This document shows, in pieces, positions 45,336-60,000 of a DNA stretch of 64,000 nucleotides. This DNA comes from Macrostomum lignano. Its lineage: Eukaryota. The notes under the pieces were generated by a model that had not been told where the DNA came from, searched no databases, and saw nothing but the letters and a program-made list of their open reading frames with translations. The position numbers were made by a program, and so were the translations under genes. Location: positions 122,501-186,500 of the forward strand of contig NIVC01002289.1 in assembly GCA_002269645.1 (NCBI GenBank), in the 5' to 3' direction. Position 1 is the first letter of the stretch. Each line of letters starts with the position of its first letter.

Positions 45336-46634
45336 CCGGCCCCACGCTTCTGCCTGTCTGCGGGCCTTCAGGGGCTAGCGGAATGGGCGAGCCTCGCCTC
45401 CCCGCTGTGTCTACGGACCACCCTGCAGCGAAGCTAAGCTAAGATTTATTTATATTTTTTATTCTTAATATAGAAAGAATTCATCTACAAATACAATGAA
45501 AAACGTATACATTCGTCATATATTAGCAAGATCATTGCACCGAATCCAGGTACTTTCTGGATGAAATCAGGCTAAAATTACTGACTAGTGTTAACTAATA
45601 ATTACTTTAGTAACTGCAGTAGCCAGCAATGTAGCCACAATGAAAAAATGCAAGAAAGCTAAAGCAGAGTTTGTCAGTAAACAGCACACGAATAAATATG
45701 TCATTGTGCTGAGTCGCCAATACATTCCGAGACAGACTGACTGCAGGTGCTCGGAGCAACAGTACCGTTGGCAGGTAGTGCAGTGTGCGCGAGTTTGCGA
45801 TCAGCTGATCGGCTACTCATGAGGCATCTTCCCTTCCCTTCAAGGTTGTTACTTGAAAAAGTCCTTGATAGAGCACGTATTGCAAAATCACGCCTACATG
45901 AGCTGTACTTCACTGCATGAGTAGCACTTTGTCAGCTGGTCCATCAAGTCAGGGCCTCCTTTGGTCTCATTGTAATGCGGATTTGCTTGCGGCTTTCTTG
46001 CTGCGTTGTTAGACATTGTGGGGCTTATGTGCTAAGTAGATCGAGTAGTGGTAGACACGGCGACACCCTCACCAGCAAAAAACGGACGCGCAACTGGGCG
46101 TTTCGTCGACTGCCTGCTGGCCAACAGAGGGCCCAGTTGCAAGGTCTGTTTATCACCTTGGGAATTTGCCGCTTACACAGCCATAGACAGCCTCTGTGTA
46201 CTTTTACAAAACCGACAGTTACGCTTCTCTGATTGCCGATCATTATTACAACTAGTTAATTAATCTAAAACAAACGTCAAAACTTGAAAGCAAGACATAC
46301 AAAATGCAACGCACCAAGTACATGCTTCAGCAGCACCAACAGCAGCAACATTATGACCTGCTTTTTGGCGGAGACAGATTTAATTCGACCAATGACATGA
46401 GCTGAATGTTTGCATCCACCGGACTAGAAGCCTCAAATCAAATTCTTGCGCACGTGCCACTGTTTCAATCTTAGTATGTGTCTCCACCTGTTCTATTGTC
46501 TGCCTCTATTTGCCGCTTTGACTTAAAACTAGTATATAGGATTTGCAGGAAATGCATTTGCCCAGGGAGACAGACAGGGAGACAGACACAAACAGACAGG
46601 CAGACAGACATTGAGGACCGGCAGAGAGACACTT

Positions 46635-46638
46635 AGTG

Positions 46639-46679
<41 letters not shown>

Positions 46680-46727
46680 GGCAGGCAGACAGGCAGGCAG
46701 ACAGGCAGGCAGGCAGACAGACAGGCA

Positions 46728-46776
<49 letters not shown>

Positions 46777-46787
46777 ACAGGCAGGCA

Positions 46788-46820
<33 letters not shown>

Positions 46821-46880
46821 ACAGGCAGGCAGACAGGCAGACAGACAGGCAGGCAGGCAGGCAGGCAGACAGGCAGACAG
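46635..46880. repeat. Compound (GACA/GGCA)n microsatellite
   Basis: Visible directly in the sequence. Confidence 0.93.
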
Positions 46881-48065
46881 AGAGAACTGGAAAATGCTGA
46901 GAGCAAGCCCTCTGAAACTCAAACACAAGAGACCAGCTGCTGAGGCCAAATTTGAGTGATCTGCATTCACAAGATAAAATAAATACAACAGTTAGTTGTT
47001 TATTATTCAATCAAACCAAAAAAAAACACACAGACAGGAAAAAAAATACAAAACACGGCAGCTTCAACTAAAAGTCGCTAGCGACACTCCGGGTCAGGGA
47101 GCTGCCGTTATTTCAGTAAGCGGAAACTCAGTACAATCAGTAGGCCAGAATTGCAACAGATGGTAGTGAAAGTAGGCAATGACAGATGTGTGCAAGCAAT
47201 GCAGTCAATGTAGGGCGCCTCCAAAAGACTAGCAAGCATTCACTGGCAGCTCAAAGGGACAGAAGCATAAATCAAACATCAAGACATTAATCATTAAAAA
47301 ACGACACGGCACAGCCAGTGTAAAGCTAATAAAAAATCTACACGCACTCAAATTGCACTACTATCAGTAGCAATGACAACATTGTTAGCAGTAGTGTAGA
47401 ATTAACTTTAAAAAAACTCTGGCAAAGTGCAGCACATTGAAAAATTGCTAGGTAAAAACACAGTTTATGAGTTGATGGACCCGGGCAAAGCATATTATTA
47501 CTATTATTAGTAAGAAAAAATAAATGGAACAGACTGGCCATCAGGAATGTGTGAACGAGTTTTAGTAGGAATATAGTAAGAAAAAAGCAGGCAAATTAGA
47601 TAGCGAGACAAGTTTCAGACGGACTATAATCGGCTCAATAAAAATAATAAAATTGTGCCATAAAATGATTAAACAAAACACACGTTTATAACTTGTTGCG
47701 TCACAGCCCAATGCGTCTTGTGCGCTGTTATAGAAAAAGGGAGTTGCTGGCTTGATAAATTTATATTGAAAAACATTGCACAACAAATACTAATGGTTGT
47801 AAAATGGATCATTTTGATAGAAAAGTACATTCAGTACTTAGTAGAGCACTACTAAAAGTAGGTCAGTTAGCACTTTTCATTCCTGAAGGAAAGTAATAAT
47901 AAAGACTAGCGCTTGAATTTAAGGAATGATAATTAGTTTTCGTTAATAATTTTCCCCCAACAGAGACCCAGTGTGCTGAACAGGAATTGAAAAACCTGTC
48001 CCTATAGAGCACGAATACATCTGTGTGTACAGCCGGCGATGGAGAAGATGCGGACAGCTACAAAG

Positions 48066-51000
48066 CTACGCAGCGGACACGTACTCATAGTAGGCGGTGG
48101 GCACGTAGCCCTGCTCACCAGCGGCCTCGCCGTGCAGGCGGCGAACCAGCGACCAGTCCGGGTCGCGCTGCAGGACTTCCACTTGTTCGCCAGCCGATAC
48201 GGCCAGGTTGTCCGACTGGCTGGTGTCCGCGAAGTCGTACAGCATCTCCGCTGTGGCCGCTGCTGGGGCTGCCGCTGCTGCGCCTTCGACAGGCGGCTGC
48301 AGAGTCTGCGGCGTCGGCTGGTGCTGAGGGGACTCGTCGGCGAACTCGTCTGCGAATGCCGTGGCCGGGCTGGCGGCGACGAAGAGGGTGGGGTGTGAAA
48401 GAAGGGTTAGAAGGGGAATTCTCATAGGGAAAGAAGGGGAATTCTCATTGGGAAAGAAGGGGAATTCTCATCGGGAAAGAAGGGGAATTCTCATCGGGAG
48501 AGAAAAGGAATTCTCATAGGGAGAAAAGAGGAATTCTCATAGTGAGAGAAGAGGAATTCTCATAGTGAGAGAAGAGGAATTCTCATAGTGAGAGAAGAGG
48601 AATTCTCATAGTGAGAGAAGAGGAATTCTCATAGGGAGAGAAGAGGAATTCTCATAGTGAGAGAAGAGGAATTCTCATAGTGAGAGAAGAGGAATTCTCA
48701 TAGTGAGAGAAGAGGAATTCTCATAGTGAGAGAAGAGGAATTCTCATAGGGAGAGAAGAGGAATTCTCATAGGGAGAGAAGGGGAATCCTCATAGGGAGA
48801 GAAGAGGAATTCTCATAGTGAGAGAAGAGGAATTCTCATAGTGAGAGAAGAGGAATTCTCATAGGGAGAGAAGAGGAATTCTCATAGGGAGAGAAGAGGA
48901 ATCCTCATAGGGAGAGAAGAGGAATTCTCATAGTGAGAGAAGAGGAATTCTCATAGGGAGAGAAGAGGAATTCTCATAGTGAGAGAAGAGGAATTCTCAT
49001 AGGAGAGAAGAGGAATTCTCATAGGGAGAGAAGAGGAATTCTCATAGGGAGAGAAGAGGAATTCTCATAGTGAGAGACGAGGAATTCTCATAGGGAGAGA
49101 AGAGGAATTCTCATAGGGAGAGAAGAGGAATCCTCATAGGGAGAGAAGAGGAATTCTCATAGTGAGAGAAGAGGAATTCTCATAGGGAGAGAAGAGGAAT
49201 TCTCATAGTGAGAGAAGAGGAATTCTCATAGGAGAGAAGAGGAATTCTCATAGGGAGAGAAGAGGAATTCTCATAGGGAGAGAAGAGGAATTCTCATAGT
49301 GAGAGAAGAGGAATTCTCATAGGGAGAGAAGAGGAATTCTATAGTGAGAGAAGAGGAATTCTCATAGTGAGAGAAGAGGAATTCTCATAGGGAGAGAAGA
49401 GGAATCCTCATAGGGAGAGAAGAGGAATTCTCATAGGGAGAGAAGAGGAATCCTCATAGGGAGAGAAGAGGAATTCTCATAGTGAGAGAAGAGGAATTCT
49501 CATAGGGAGAGAAGAGGAATTCTCATAGTGAGAGAAGAGGAATTCTCATAGGGAGAGAAGAGGAATCCTCATAGGGAGAGAAGAGGAATTCTCATAGGGA
49601 GAGAAGAGGAATTCTCATAGGGAGAGAAGAGGAATTCTCATAGGAGAGAAGAGGAATTCTCATAGGGAGAGAAGAGGAATTCTCATAGGGAGAGAAGAAG
49701 AATTCTCATAGGGAGAGAAGAAGAATTCTCATAGTGAGAGAAGAGGAATTCTCATAGGGAGAGAAGAGGAATTCTCATAGGGAGAGAAGAGGAATTCTCA
49801 TAGGGAGAGAAGAGGAATTCTCATAGGAGAGAAGAGGAATTCTCATAGGGAGAGAAGAGGAATTCTCATAGTGAGAGAAGAGGAATTCTAATAGAGAGAG
49901 AAGAGGAATTCTCATAGGGAGAGAAGAGGAATTCTCATAGGAGAGAAGAGGAATTCTCATAGGGAGAGAAGAAGAATTCTCATAGGGAGAGAAGAAGAAT
50001 TCTCATAGTGAGAGAAGAGGAATTCTCATAGGGAGAGAAGAGGAATTCTCATAGGGAGAGAAGAGGAATTCTCATAGGGAGAGAAGAGGAATTTTCATAG
50101 GGAGAGAAGAAGAATTCTCATAGTGAGAGAAGAGGAATTCTCATAGGGAGAGAAGAGGAATCCTCATAGGGAGAGAAGAGGAATTCTCATAGAGAGAGAG
50201 AAGAGGAATTATCATAGGTATAGAAGGGGAATTCTCATAGGGAGAGAAGAGGAATTCTCATAGTGAGAGAAGAGGAATTCTCATAGGGAGAGAAGAGGAA
50301 TTCTCATAGGGAGAGAAGAGGAATTCTCATAGGGAGAGAAGAGGAATTCTCATAGGGAGAGAAGGGGAATTCTCATAGGGAGAGAAGGGGAATCCTCATA
50401 GGGAAAGAAGGGGAATCCTCATAGGGAGAGAAGGGGAATCCTCATAGGGAGAGAAGGGGAATCCTCATAGGGAGAGAAGGGGAATCCTCATAGGGAAAGA
50501 AGGGGAATCCTCATAGGGAGAGAAGGGAATCCTCATAGGGAGAGAAGGGGAATCCTCATAGGGAAAGAAGGGGAATTCTCATAGAGAGAGAAGAGGAATT
50601 CTCAAAGGGAGAGAAGAGGAATCCTCATAGGGAGAGAAGAGGAATTCTCATAGGAGAGAAGAGGAATTCTCATAGGGAGAGAAGAGGAATTCTCATAGGG
50701 AGAGAAGAGGAATTCTCATAGGAGAGAAGAGGAATTCTCATAGGGAGAGAAGAAGAATTCTCATAGGGAGAGAAGAGGAATTCTCATAGGGAGAGAAGAG
50801 GAATTCTCATAGTGAGAGAAGAGGAATTCTCATAGGGAGAGAAGAGGAATCCTCATAGGGAGAGAAGAGGAATTCTCATAGTGAGAGAAGAGGAATTCTC
50901 ATAGGGAGAGAAGAGGAATTCTCATAGGGAGAGAAGAGGAATTCTCATAGGGAGAGAAGAGGAATTCTCATAGTGAGAGAAGAGGAATTCTCATAGGGAG

Positions 51001-54000
51001 AGAAGAGGAATTCTCATAGGAGAGAAGAGGAATTCTCATAGGGAGAGAAGAAGAATTCTCATAGGGAGAGAAGAGGAATTCTCATAGGGAGAGAAGAGGA
51101 ATTCTCATAGGGAGAGAAGAGGAATTTTCATAGGGAGAGAAGAGGAATTCTCATAGGGAGAGAAGAGGAATCCTCATAGGGAGAGAAGAGGAATTCTCAT
51201 AGGGAGAGACGAGGAATTCTCATAAGGAGAGAAGAGGAATTCTCATAGAGAGAGAAGAGGAATTATCATAGGTATAGAAGGGGAATTCTCATAGGGAGAG
51301 AAGAGGAATTCTCATAGGGAGAGAAGAGGAATTCTCATAGGGAGAGAAGAGGAATTCTCATAGGGAGAGAAGGGGAATTCTCATAGGGAGAGAAGGGGAA
51401 TCCTCATAGGGAAAGAAGGGGAATCCTCATAGGGAGAGAAGGGGAATCCTCATAGGGAGAGAAGGGGAATCCTCATAGGGAAAGAAGGGGAATCCTCATA
51501 GGGAGAGAAGGGGAATCCTCATAGGGAGAGAAGGGGAATCCTCATAGGGAGAGAAGGGGAATCCTCATAGGGAGAGAAGGCGAATCCTCATAGGGAGAGA
51601 AGAGGAATTCTCATAGAGAGAGAGAAGAGGAATTATCATAGGTATAGAAGGGGAATTCTCATAGGGAGAGAAGAGGAATTCTCATAGTGAGAGAAGAGGA
51701 ATTCTCATAGGGAGAGAAGAGGAATTCTCATAGGGAGAGAAGAGGAATTCTCATAGGGAGAGAAGAAGAATTCTCATAGGGAGAGAAGAGGAATCCTCAT
51801 AGGGAGAGAAGGGGAATCCTCATAGGGAGAGAAGAGGAATTCTCATAGAGAGAGAGAAGAGGAATTATCATAGGTATAGAAGGGGAATTCTCATAGGGAG
51901 AGAAGAGGAATTCTCATAGTGAGAGAAGAGGAATTCTCATAGGGAGAGAAGAGGAATTCTCATAGGGAGAGAAGAGGAATTCTCATAGGGAGAGAAGAAG
52001 AATTCTCATAGGGAGAGAAGAGGAATCCTCATAGGGAGAGAAGAGGAATCCTCATAGGGAGAGAAGAGGAATTCTCATAGGAGAGAAGAAGAATTCTCAT
52101 AGGGAGAGAAGAGGAATTCTCATAGGGAGAGAAGAGGAATCCTCATAGGGAGAGAAGAGGAATTCTCATAGTGAGAGAAGAGGAATTCTCATAGGGAGAG
52201 AAGAGGAATTCTCATAGGAGAGAAGAGGAATTCTCATAGGAGAGAAGAAGAATTCTCATAGGGAGAGAAGAGGAATTCTCATAGGGAGAGAAGAGGAATC
52301 CTCATAGGGAGAGAAGAGGAATTCTCATAGTGAGAGAAGAGGAATTCTCATAGGGAGAGAAGAGGAATTCTCATAGGGAGAGAAGAGGAATTCTCATAGG
52401 GAGAGAAGAGGAATTCTCATAGTGAGAGAAGAGGAATTCTCATAGGGAGAGAAGAGGAATTCTCATAGGAGAGAAGAGGAATTCTCATAGGGAGAGACGA
52501 GGAATTCTCATAGGGAGAGAAGAGGAATTCTCATAGGGAGAGAAGAGGAATTCTCATAGGGAGAGAAGAGGAATTTTCATAGGGAGAGAAGAGGAATTCT
52601 CATAGGGAGAGAAGAGGAATCCTCATAGGGAGAGACGAGGAATTCTCATAGGGAGAGAAGAGGAATTCTCATAGGGAGAGAAGAGGAATCCTCATAGGGA
52701 GAGAAGAGGAATTCTCATAGGGAGAGACGAGGAATTCTCATAGGTATAGAAGGGGAATTCTCATAGGGAGAGAAGAGGAATTCTCATAGGGAGAGAAGAG
52801 GAATTCTAATAGAGAGAGAAGAGGAATTCTCATAGGGAGAGAAGAGGAATTCTCATAGGGAAAGAAGGGGAATCCTCATAGGGAGAGAAGAGGAATCCTC
52901 ATAGGGAGAGAAGAGGAATTCTCATAGGGAGAGAAGAGGAATTCTCATAGGGATAGAAGGGGAATTCTCAGGGAGAGAAATGAAGACATGATAATGACAC
53001 AGGGGATTCCTGTTGAAGATATTAAGGCGATCCCTAGTAAGTGACACGCAGAACACGCATTTCGGCGGCGGTCACAAAGTGCACAAAAACGCACCTAGCT
53101 GCACCTCCATCTGTTGCACTGACGCTCATGACACCGGCGCCGGTTCTGCCGCCAAATCCCTTGCCTTCCAGGTCCTTCTGTTAAATTAAACAGGAGCGCA
53201 GACAGTGATCAATCGGCCTGGCGCTAATGTACAAAAATATAGAAATAAAAAAGACAGGAAACTGGTCACCAACCAGTGAGCAGGCGGCACTGCTGGCGCT
53301 CGTGCTGGGGCTGAAGTGCCGCGTCACCAGGTCGAGCCGGAAGCGGCGCTTTTTGTCGCCGCCGCTGGCCAGAGAGGAGATGGAGCGGGACTTCCGCATG
53401 GGCTTGACGGGCTGGCCAACTGATGCGGCCTGAGGGTCCGCGCCGCCGCCTCCGTTGCAGCTGGTCAGGTCCTGCGGCACGGTGGGGTCTCAGCTATTTA
53501 TCCAGTGCTAACAGCCAGTCTGAGCTATTTATCCAGGGCTAACAGCCAGTCTCAGCTATTTATCCAGGGCTAACAGCCAGTCTGAGCTATTTATCCAGGG
53601 CTAACAGCCAGTCTGAGCTATTTATCCAGTGCTAACAGCCAGTCTGAGATATTTATCCAGTGCTAACAGCCAGTCTGAGCTATTTATGCAGGGCTAACAG
53701 CCAGTCTGAGATATTTATCCAGGGCTAACAGCCAGTCTGAGATATTTACCCAGTGCTAACAGCCAGTCTGAGCTATTTATGCAGGGCTAACAGCCAGTCT
53801 GAGCTATTTATCCAGGGCTAACAGCCAGTCTGAGCTATTTATCCAGGGCTAACAGCCAGTCTGAGCTATTTATTCAGGGCTAACAGCCAGTCTGAGCTAT
53901 TTATCCAGTGCTAACAGCCAGTCTGAGCTATTTATCCAGTGCTAACAGCCAGTCTGAGCTATTTATCCAGTGCTAACAGCCAGTCTGAGCTATTTATCCA

Positions 54001-57000
54001 GGGCTAACAGCCAGTCTGAGCTATTTATCCAGTGCTAACAGCCAGTCTGAGCTATTTATCCAGTGCTAACAGCCAGTCTGAGATATTTATCCAGTGCTAA
54101 CAGCCAGTCTGAGCTATTTATGCAGGGCTAACAGCCAGTCTGAGATATTTATCCAGGGCTAACAGCCAGTCTGAGATATTTATCCAGGGCTAACAGCCAG
54201 TCTGAGATATTTATCCAGGGCTAACAGCCAGTCTGAGATATTTATCCAGGGCTAACAGCCAGTCTGAGATATTTATCCAGGGCTAACAGCCAGTCTCAGC
54301 TATTTATCCAGGGCTAACAGCCAGTCTGAGCTATTTATCCAGGGCTAACAGCCAGTCTGAGATCTTTATCCAGTGCTAACAGCCAGTCTGAGCTATTTAT
54401 CCAGGGCTAACAGCCAGTCTGAGCTATTTATCCAGTGCTAACAGCCAGTCTGAGCTATTTATCCAGTGCTAACAGCCAGTCTGAGATATTTATCCAGTGC
54501 TAACAGCCAGTCTGAGCTATTTATGCAGGCTAACAGCCAGTCTGAGATATTTATCCAGGGCTAACAGCCAGTCTGAGATATTTATCCAGTGCTAACAGCC
54601 AGTCTGAGATATTTATCCAGGGCTAACAGCCAGTCTGAGATATTTATCCAGGGCTAACAGCCAGTCTGAGATATTTATCCAGGGCTAACAGCCAGTCTGA
54701 GCTATTTATCCAGGGCTAACAGCCAGTCTGAGCTATTTATCCAGGGCTAACAGCCAGTCTGAGATCTTTATCCACACACCAGTATCTCAGCGCACTCGTC
54801 CCTCAGCCGGGTCGCCTTGTCCACCAGCTGCTGCAGCATGGCGTCCACCTGAGCCAAGGAGGTCTGGTCGGCAGTCTCAGGATGGTGCTGATAGGTCTGA
54901 CGCAGCTTCTTCAGGCCCTCACTGTGGGAGATTAATTCATTAAACCACATGAAGACAGTTTGTGTTCGTCCGCCGGAGAATTCATTGAAACAAGACACTC
55001 ACATCTCTTTCATAGCCTTCTGCAGGTCCGCCTCCTTGTCCTTGAGCTGTTCCTCGAGCTTGCGCTTCTGCTGTGCTGGCCCGAGCTGGAGAAGAAACAC
55101 AGATAAGAAATGAAGCCAATTAACAGTAGAGCTACTGGGGGGGGGGGGCGTTGGGGTGATGACGGAATGCCTGAGAGACCAGCTGAGGATGTCCAGCAGT
55201 TGAGGCTTGATCAGCGAAACTAGAGAAATTCGAATCAGAGTGTCAATAGTCTCCTGGTGCCACCTGTTGAAGGTTCAGAAGCTCCGCCTGGGTGAAGGCC
55301 AGTGACCAACGAAGTCAGAGCTGATGCAGACACATGTGGTCGACGTGCTGATGAAATTTGGAGACTTGGCAAGGCCGCACTGAGGCGCAGTGCTGATTGG
55401 CGCACAGGGGTTGTACTGAATACACTGGCGCTTATGGGAAAAATCCGACCTTCTGGCAGAATCGTCGAATATCTCGACGGTTCGGAGGGCTGGCGACTTG
55501 ATTCTTGTTTGAGGCGAGCAAAAAAGGCGATACAAAAAACCTTTGATACTACTACCGAAAGGAATAATCGGTAAGTAGTATGCTACTCAGAACATTAATA
55601 TGAAATAAAAATTTTTAACCCACCGCTTTGCTTGACCGCAGCGTGCTGAACAGCCTGGCTGCCCTGTGACTCCGCGGCGGAGTGGCGTGCTGCAGCGACA
55701 CCGAGTCCCCGTCCGCCGACAATGCGGAAGCCGCCGGCGAGCCGTCGGCAGCCGAGGCTGACAGATCCTCAAACGGAGCGTCGCCTGGCAGCGGATTCCC
55801 CGACGCTGTAACACGAAGAAATTCAGCAACGTCGCCATCGGCTGACACGGTCAGCGCCCGCTGCTGCAGACTCTTGGCGCAGCTCGCCTGCACGGCCAGC
55901 CGGTCCAGCTGCGCCTGCGCCCAGGCGCCGAACTCGCGGCTGCAGGCGTCGCAGAAACTGCGGTGAAGCTGCTCGAGGCCGGACAGCTGCTCAGGCAGGC
56001 CTCGCTGGATGAAGTCCGCCTTAAAGCGTGTGGAGAGACGGGGGTTCGAGTCCGCTCACTATTCACCTCCATTCTGTTGATCTGGTTCTATTAAACAAGC
56101 CGGGCAGACTGGCCGGTCATCGCCCCCCCCCAGCCGGGCAGACTGGCCGGTCATCGCCCCCCAGCCGGGCAGAATGGCCGGTAATCGCCCCCCCCAACCC
56201 CCCAACCAGGTAGACTGGCCGGTCCCCCCCCCAACCAGGTAGACTGGCCGGTCCCCCCCAACCAGGTAGACTGGCCGGTCCTTCCCCCAACCAGGTAGAC
56301 TGGCCGGTCCCCCCCCAGGTAGACTGGCCGGTCATCCCCCCCCCCCCCGGGCAGACGGGCCTCACCTGCACAGTATTGAACTCGGTGATTTCCTTGGCGT
56401 AGCCGTTGCGCCGGTCCTCGCACAGGTCAGCCTTGGCCCGGTAGGCCAGCTGCAGGCGCTCCTCCTCAGCGCGGGTCACATCGCGGCTCTCCTTGGCGGC
56501 AGCGTATTCTTCCCAGGCCCGACGCATGTCGCTGTGCGCCTTGTGGTACTGAGCTCGCGCCTGCTCCAGCTGGGCCCGGCTCCGTTCGACATCCTTAGAG
56601 CTGGCGGCTAAGCGCCGTTCTACCAGCTGCTCCTGTTTGTTCATTTCGCGAAGCCAGTCGCGCAGTTCGCGAGACGAGCGCAGCAGATCGTCGCGCAGAT
56701 TCTCGTGCTGATTGGCTAAAGCGGTGAGCTCGCTAAGCGAGTCTTCGAATGCCGTTTGCGCGGTGAATCTGCGTGACGCGGGCGAAGTATTTGCCTGCCT
56801 TGCATCGCTTCAGACAATGGGGCTGTTTGACGCGATTTTCGGGCTGTCCAGGGCGATTCTTGAGCAGGAAGGGCTGTCCAGGGCGATTCTTGAGCAGGAA
56901 GGGCTGTCCAGGGCGATTCTTGAGGGGCAGGGGCAGTCCAGGGCGATTCTTGAGGGGGAAGGGCAGTCCAGGGCGATTCTTGAGGGGGAAGGGCAGTCCA

Positions 57001-60000
57001 GGGCGATTCTTGAGGGGAAGGGCAGTCCAGGGCGATTCTTGAGGGGGAAGGGCAGTCCAGGGCGATTCTTGAGGGGGAAGGGCAGTCCAGGGCGATTCTT
57101 GAGGGGGAAGGGCAGTCCAGGGCGATTCTTGAGGGGAAGGGCAGTCCAGGGCGATTCTTGAGGGGGAAGGGCTGTGCAGGGCGATTCTTGAGGGGGAAGG
57201 GCAGTCCAGGGCGATTCTTGAGGGGAAGGGCAGTCCAGGGCGATTCTTGAGGGGGAAGGGCAGTCCAGGGCGATTCTTGAGGGGGAAGGGCAGTCCAGGG
57301 CGATTCTTGAGGGGGAAGGGCTGTTCAGGTCGATTTTTTAGGGAAGGGGCTGTCCTGGGCGGTTTTAAATAGGGACAGTCATACAAGAGACTGTTTGCAT
57401 TAGGACAAAAAACATAATATATAGATACACAAAAATATATGCAAATCTTAAAAAAGCAATAAATCCGCATACAATCGCAACATGCTGTATGCTAAATCTG
57501 CCAGCTGTTCTAACTCATCAGGAAGTTCTCTGCATAAAGTGTGAATTTGAATTCAGTTCAAGTCGCGTGGGATCGCAGACCGAGTAAGCTTTAAATATTT
57601 AGTTAGCATCTGTACGGCACATAAGCCAATACTTCTGGCACATTAAAGATGGCCACTTCCTGTGTACACGAGGCTGAATGCAAATTAGGGTCTCTCACCA
57701 TGGTATCTTTCTATCTGAGCCTTGCGCCCGAAACAAGTAGATCAGTATCTATACTATAGTTATGCAATGAGATACAAATCCAAAATGGTCATCGCCTGTA
57801 CTACAGACTTAGACTCAGTTTCTGAGCACGACAAAAGTCAAACTAAAATAACATTGCAATCAATTTAAAAATACTTAAAAAGCAAATTATGCCAAGACCA
57901 TCATAATTGATATTAAGGCACTCACTTGAACTTCTCCCTCTTGTCGAAGTCTTTAGGCTTGAACTCCTTGCATAGCTTTCTGTGGTAATGAAAAGGTATT
58001 TTAATAAACATTACTAACAGGCCCTTGCACTGTAATTAGGTGCTAATTATTATAGACTCACTTAATTTCCTTTGCATATTTCTCTTCAATTTTGCAGCGC
58101 CTCTCAAGAAAGTCAGAGCAATGCTTCAAAAAGTCAATGTTGTACTTAGTGAAGTTGTATAACTGTGGATTGTATGTGTCCTAAAACAATGAAAAAGGTC
58201 AATAAACTTAGTTGTTGTCATCATTTTTAGTCAAAATGTAAAAATCTCAAAAAAGAAATCACATAGCAAATCCTTTTTATTCAATTAAATACTCAAGACA
58301 TTTTTTCTTTCTACATTGTCAAGCCATAGCAATGTCTGCTTTTTATATCTTACTTTCTAAGTGGAATTTGATACAAAACAGTTCTAAGAAAAATATATTT
58401 AAAAAAAACAATTTATAAAAATAAAAAGATGAGCTAAGTGTTATAAAGATGTTTTAAAGATTAGATAATAAGTAATAATTTTAGGTTTTATATATGTTGG
58501 TTTTTAATTCAAGCTTTTTATAAATAGTATAGGCTAGAATCCATAGTGTGGAAGGATGTTCATGTATGACCGAATGTAAATTAAAATTTTGGCTTGTTGT
58601 ATGACAGTACTGTTGTGTATTGCAAAGGCATGCAATGCGTAGGGATAGTTCGGGGACAGGGTTTCTAGAAACTTCCACAGCAGGACTTGTTTACGCATTG
58701 TTCCAGAAGTTTCCTCCCCCGGTCTTTCTAGAAATTTCCTTCCCCGCATGCATAAATATACGAGCCGCCCTCCTATTGGCCAGCCCCTCTTTGGTGCCAC
58801 TGAGCACCCGGATAATTATCTATCTTGTTTTTGCGTTCGTTAATTCAACAACAGAACAAGTACAACAGGGGTTGAAAAATGGTACTACTGGTGTACAATG
58901 GGGTACAAAAAGAATAAATGCAAACATAAATATAAATATATTCTGATTTTCTAGAAAGTGCAAAGTAAAACAACAATTATGTTGTTATTTACTGACTGCA
59001 CACAATGCACATCAGTTAGAAAAACAAAACAAATATAAAAGTTTTCTTATACATGAATTTTGTTTTTGATTTTTCTTTCATTGGCAACAGTGCCAAGGTG
59101 AATGAGTTTTAAATATGGAAATGACTTACAAACTACGGTTAACAAAAAAAATACTTTGTGACGTATGACTTGTGTATGACTATACAATAGTGTATGATAT
59201 AGCACTCCCAAAAAAGAGTGATGTACGATATGTATGACAGGTGATCCTTGTGTACAACAGAAATTTCCATCATATACCCGTCCTTCCGCACTATGGGCTA
59301 GAATCAATCAACCTAATATTGAATATGTTTTCATGCCTCTATTCCCCATGCACCAATTGTTTTGCTTTAAGCTAAATATAGTTATGTTGATGTGATATAA
59401 AATATAGCTTAAATTTGAAATTAGCATTATCAAAAAACCTTAAAATACAAAATTATGATCCTACCAAAAATTTAACTATTTTACCAGCCTAAACTTGAAG
59501 AATTCGGGTCTATGAAATCTGCTTGCAGGAAATCTGCTAGAGGAAGTTTGCTAGCAAGAAATTTGCTTGCCAAAATCTGCTAGCCAAAGTTTGCTAGCCG
59601 AAATCTGCTAGCCAAAATTTGCTAGCTGAAACCTGATAGCCAAGGTTTGCTAGCCGAAGTTTGCTAGCCAAAATTTGCTAGCTGAAATCTGCTAGCAGGA
59701 ATTTGCTGACCAAACTTCTTGCAACTGGTATCAAAAGATTGCTTGTTTTCTGGCAATAGCAATGCATTGTTTTAGCTAAAAAAGTGGGTAAAAATCCCAA
59801 ATATTTTATAACTTTACAAGTGCTTGGAAAGTCAGTTTGTCATTGTGGGGGACAGAATACTCTCAAGTTGCAATCAGATAGCTCATAGTAGGACAGTAGT
59901 TGAATTCATTACTGAACTATCATGGCAAAATGTTAGCAAAGAAGGCTATAAATATTTATTCTAAAAACACTGTACATTTGCTATGTACATTGAGCCCTAT

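Larger units (their letters stand above)
39698..45440 (+). mobile_element. Full-length non-LTR retrotransposon, LOA/R1-group-like with RNase H, 5743 bp
   Basis: Perfect 12-bp TSD AAGATTTATTTA at 39686-39697 and 45441-45452; short (AAGCT)n tail; 469-nt 5' UTR, ORF1, and ORF2 with APE-RT-RNase H-CCHC. Confidence 0.95.

Noticed and set aside
48410-54772. Regular arrays that might suggest CRISPR
   Set aside because: The units are head-to-tail with no unique spacers, there are no cas genes, and the arrays sit in spliceosomal introns of a eukaryote.
55243-55245. In-frame TGA in a candidate CIP4 exon (selenocysteine or read-through?)
   Set aside because: An alternative acceptor downstream avoids it, this family has no known Sec, and no SECIS was seen.
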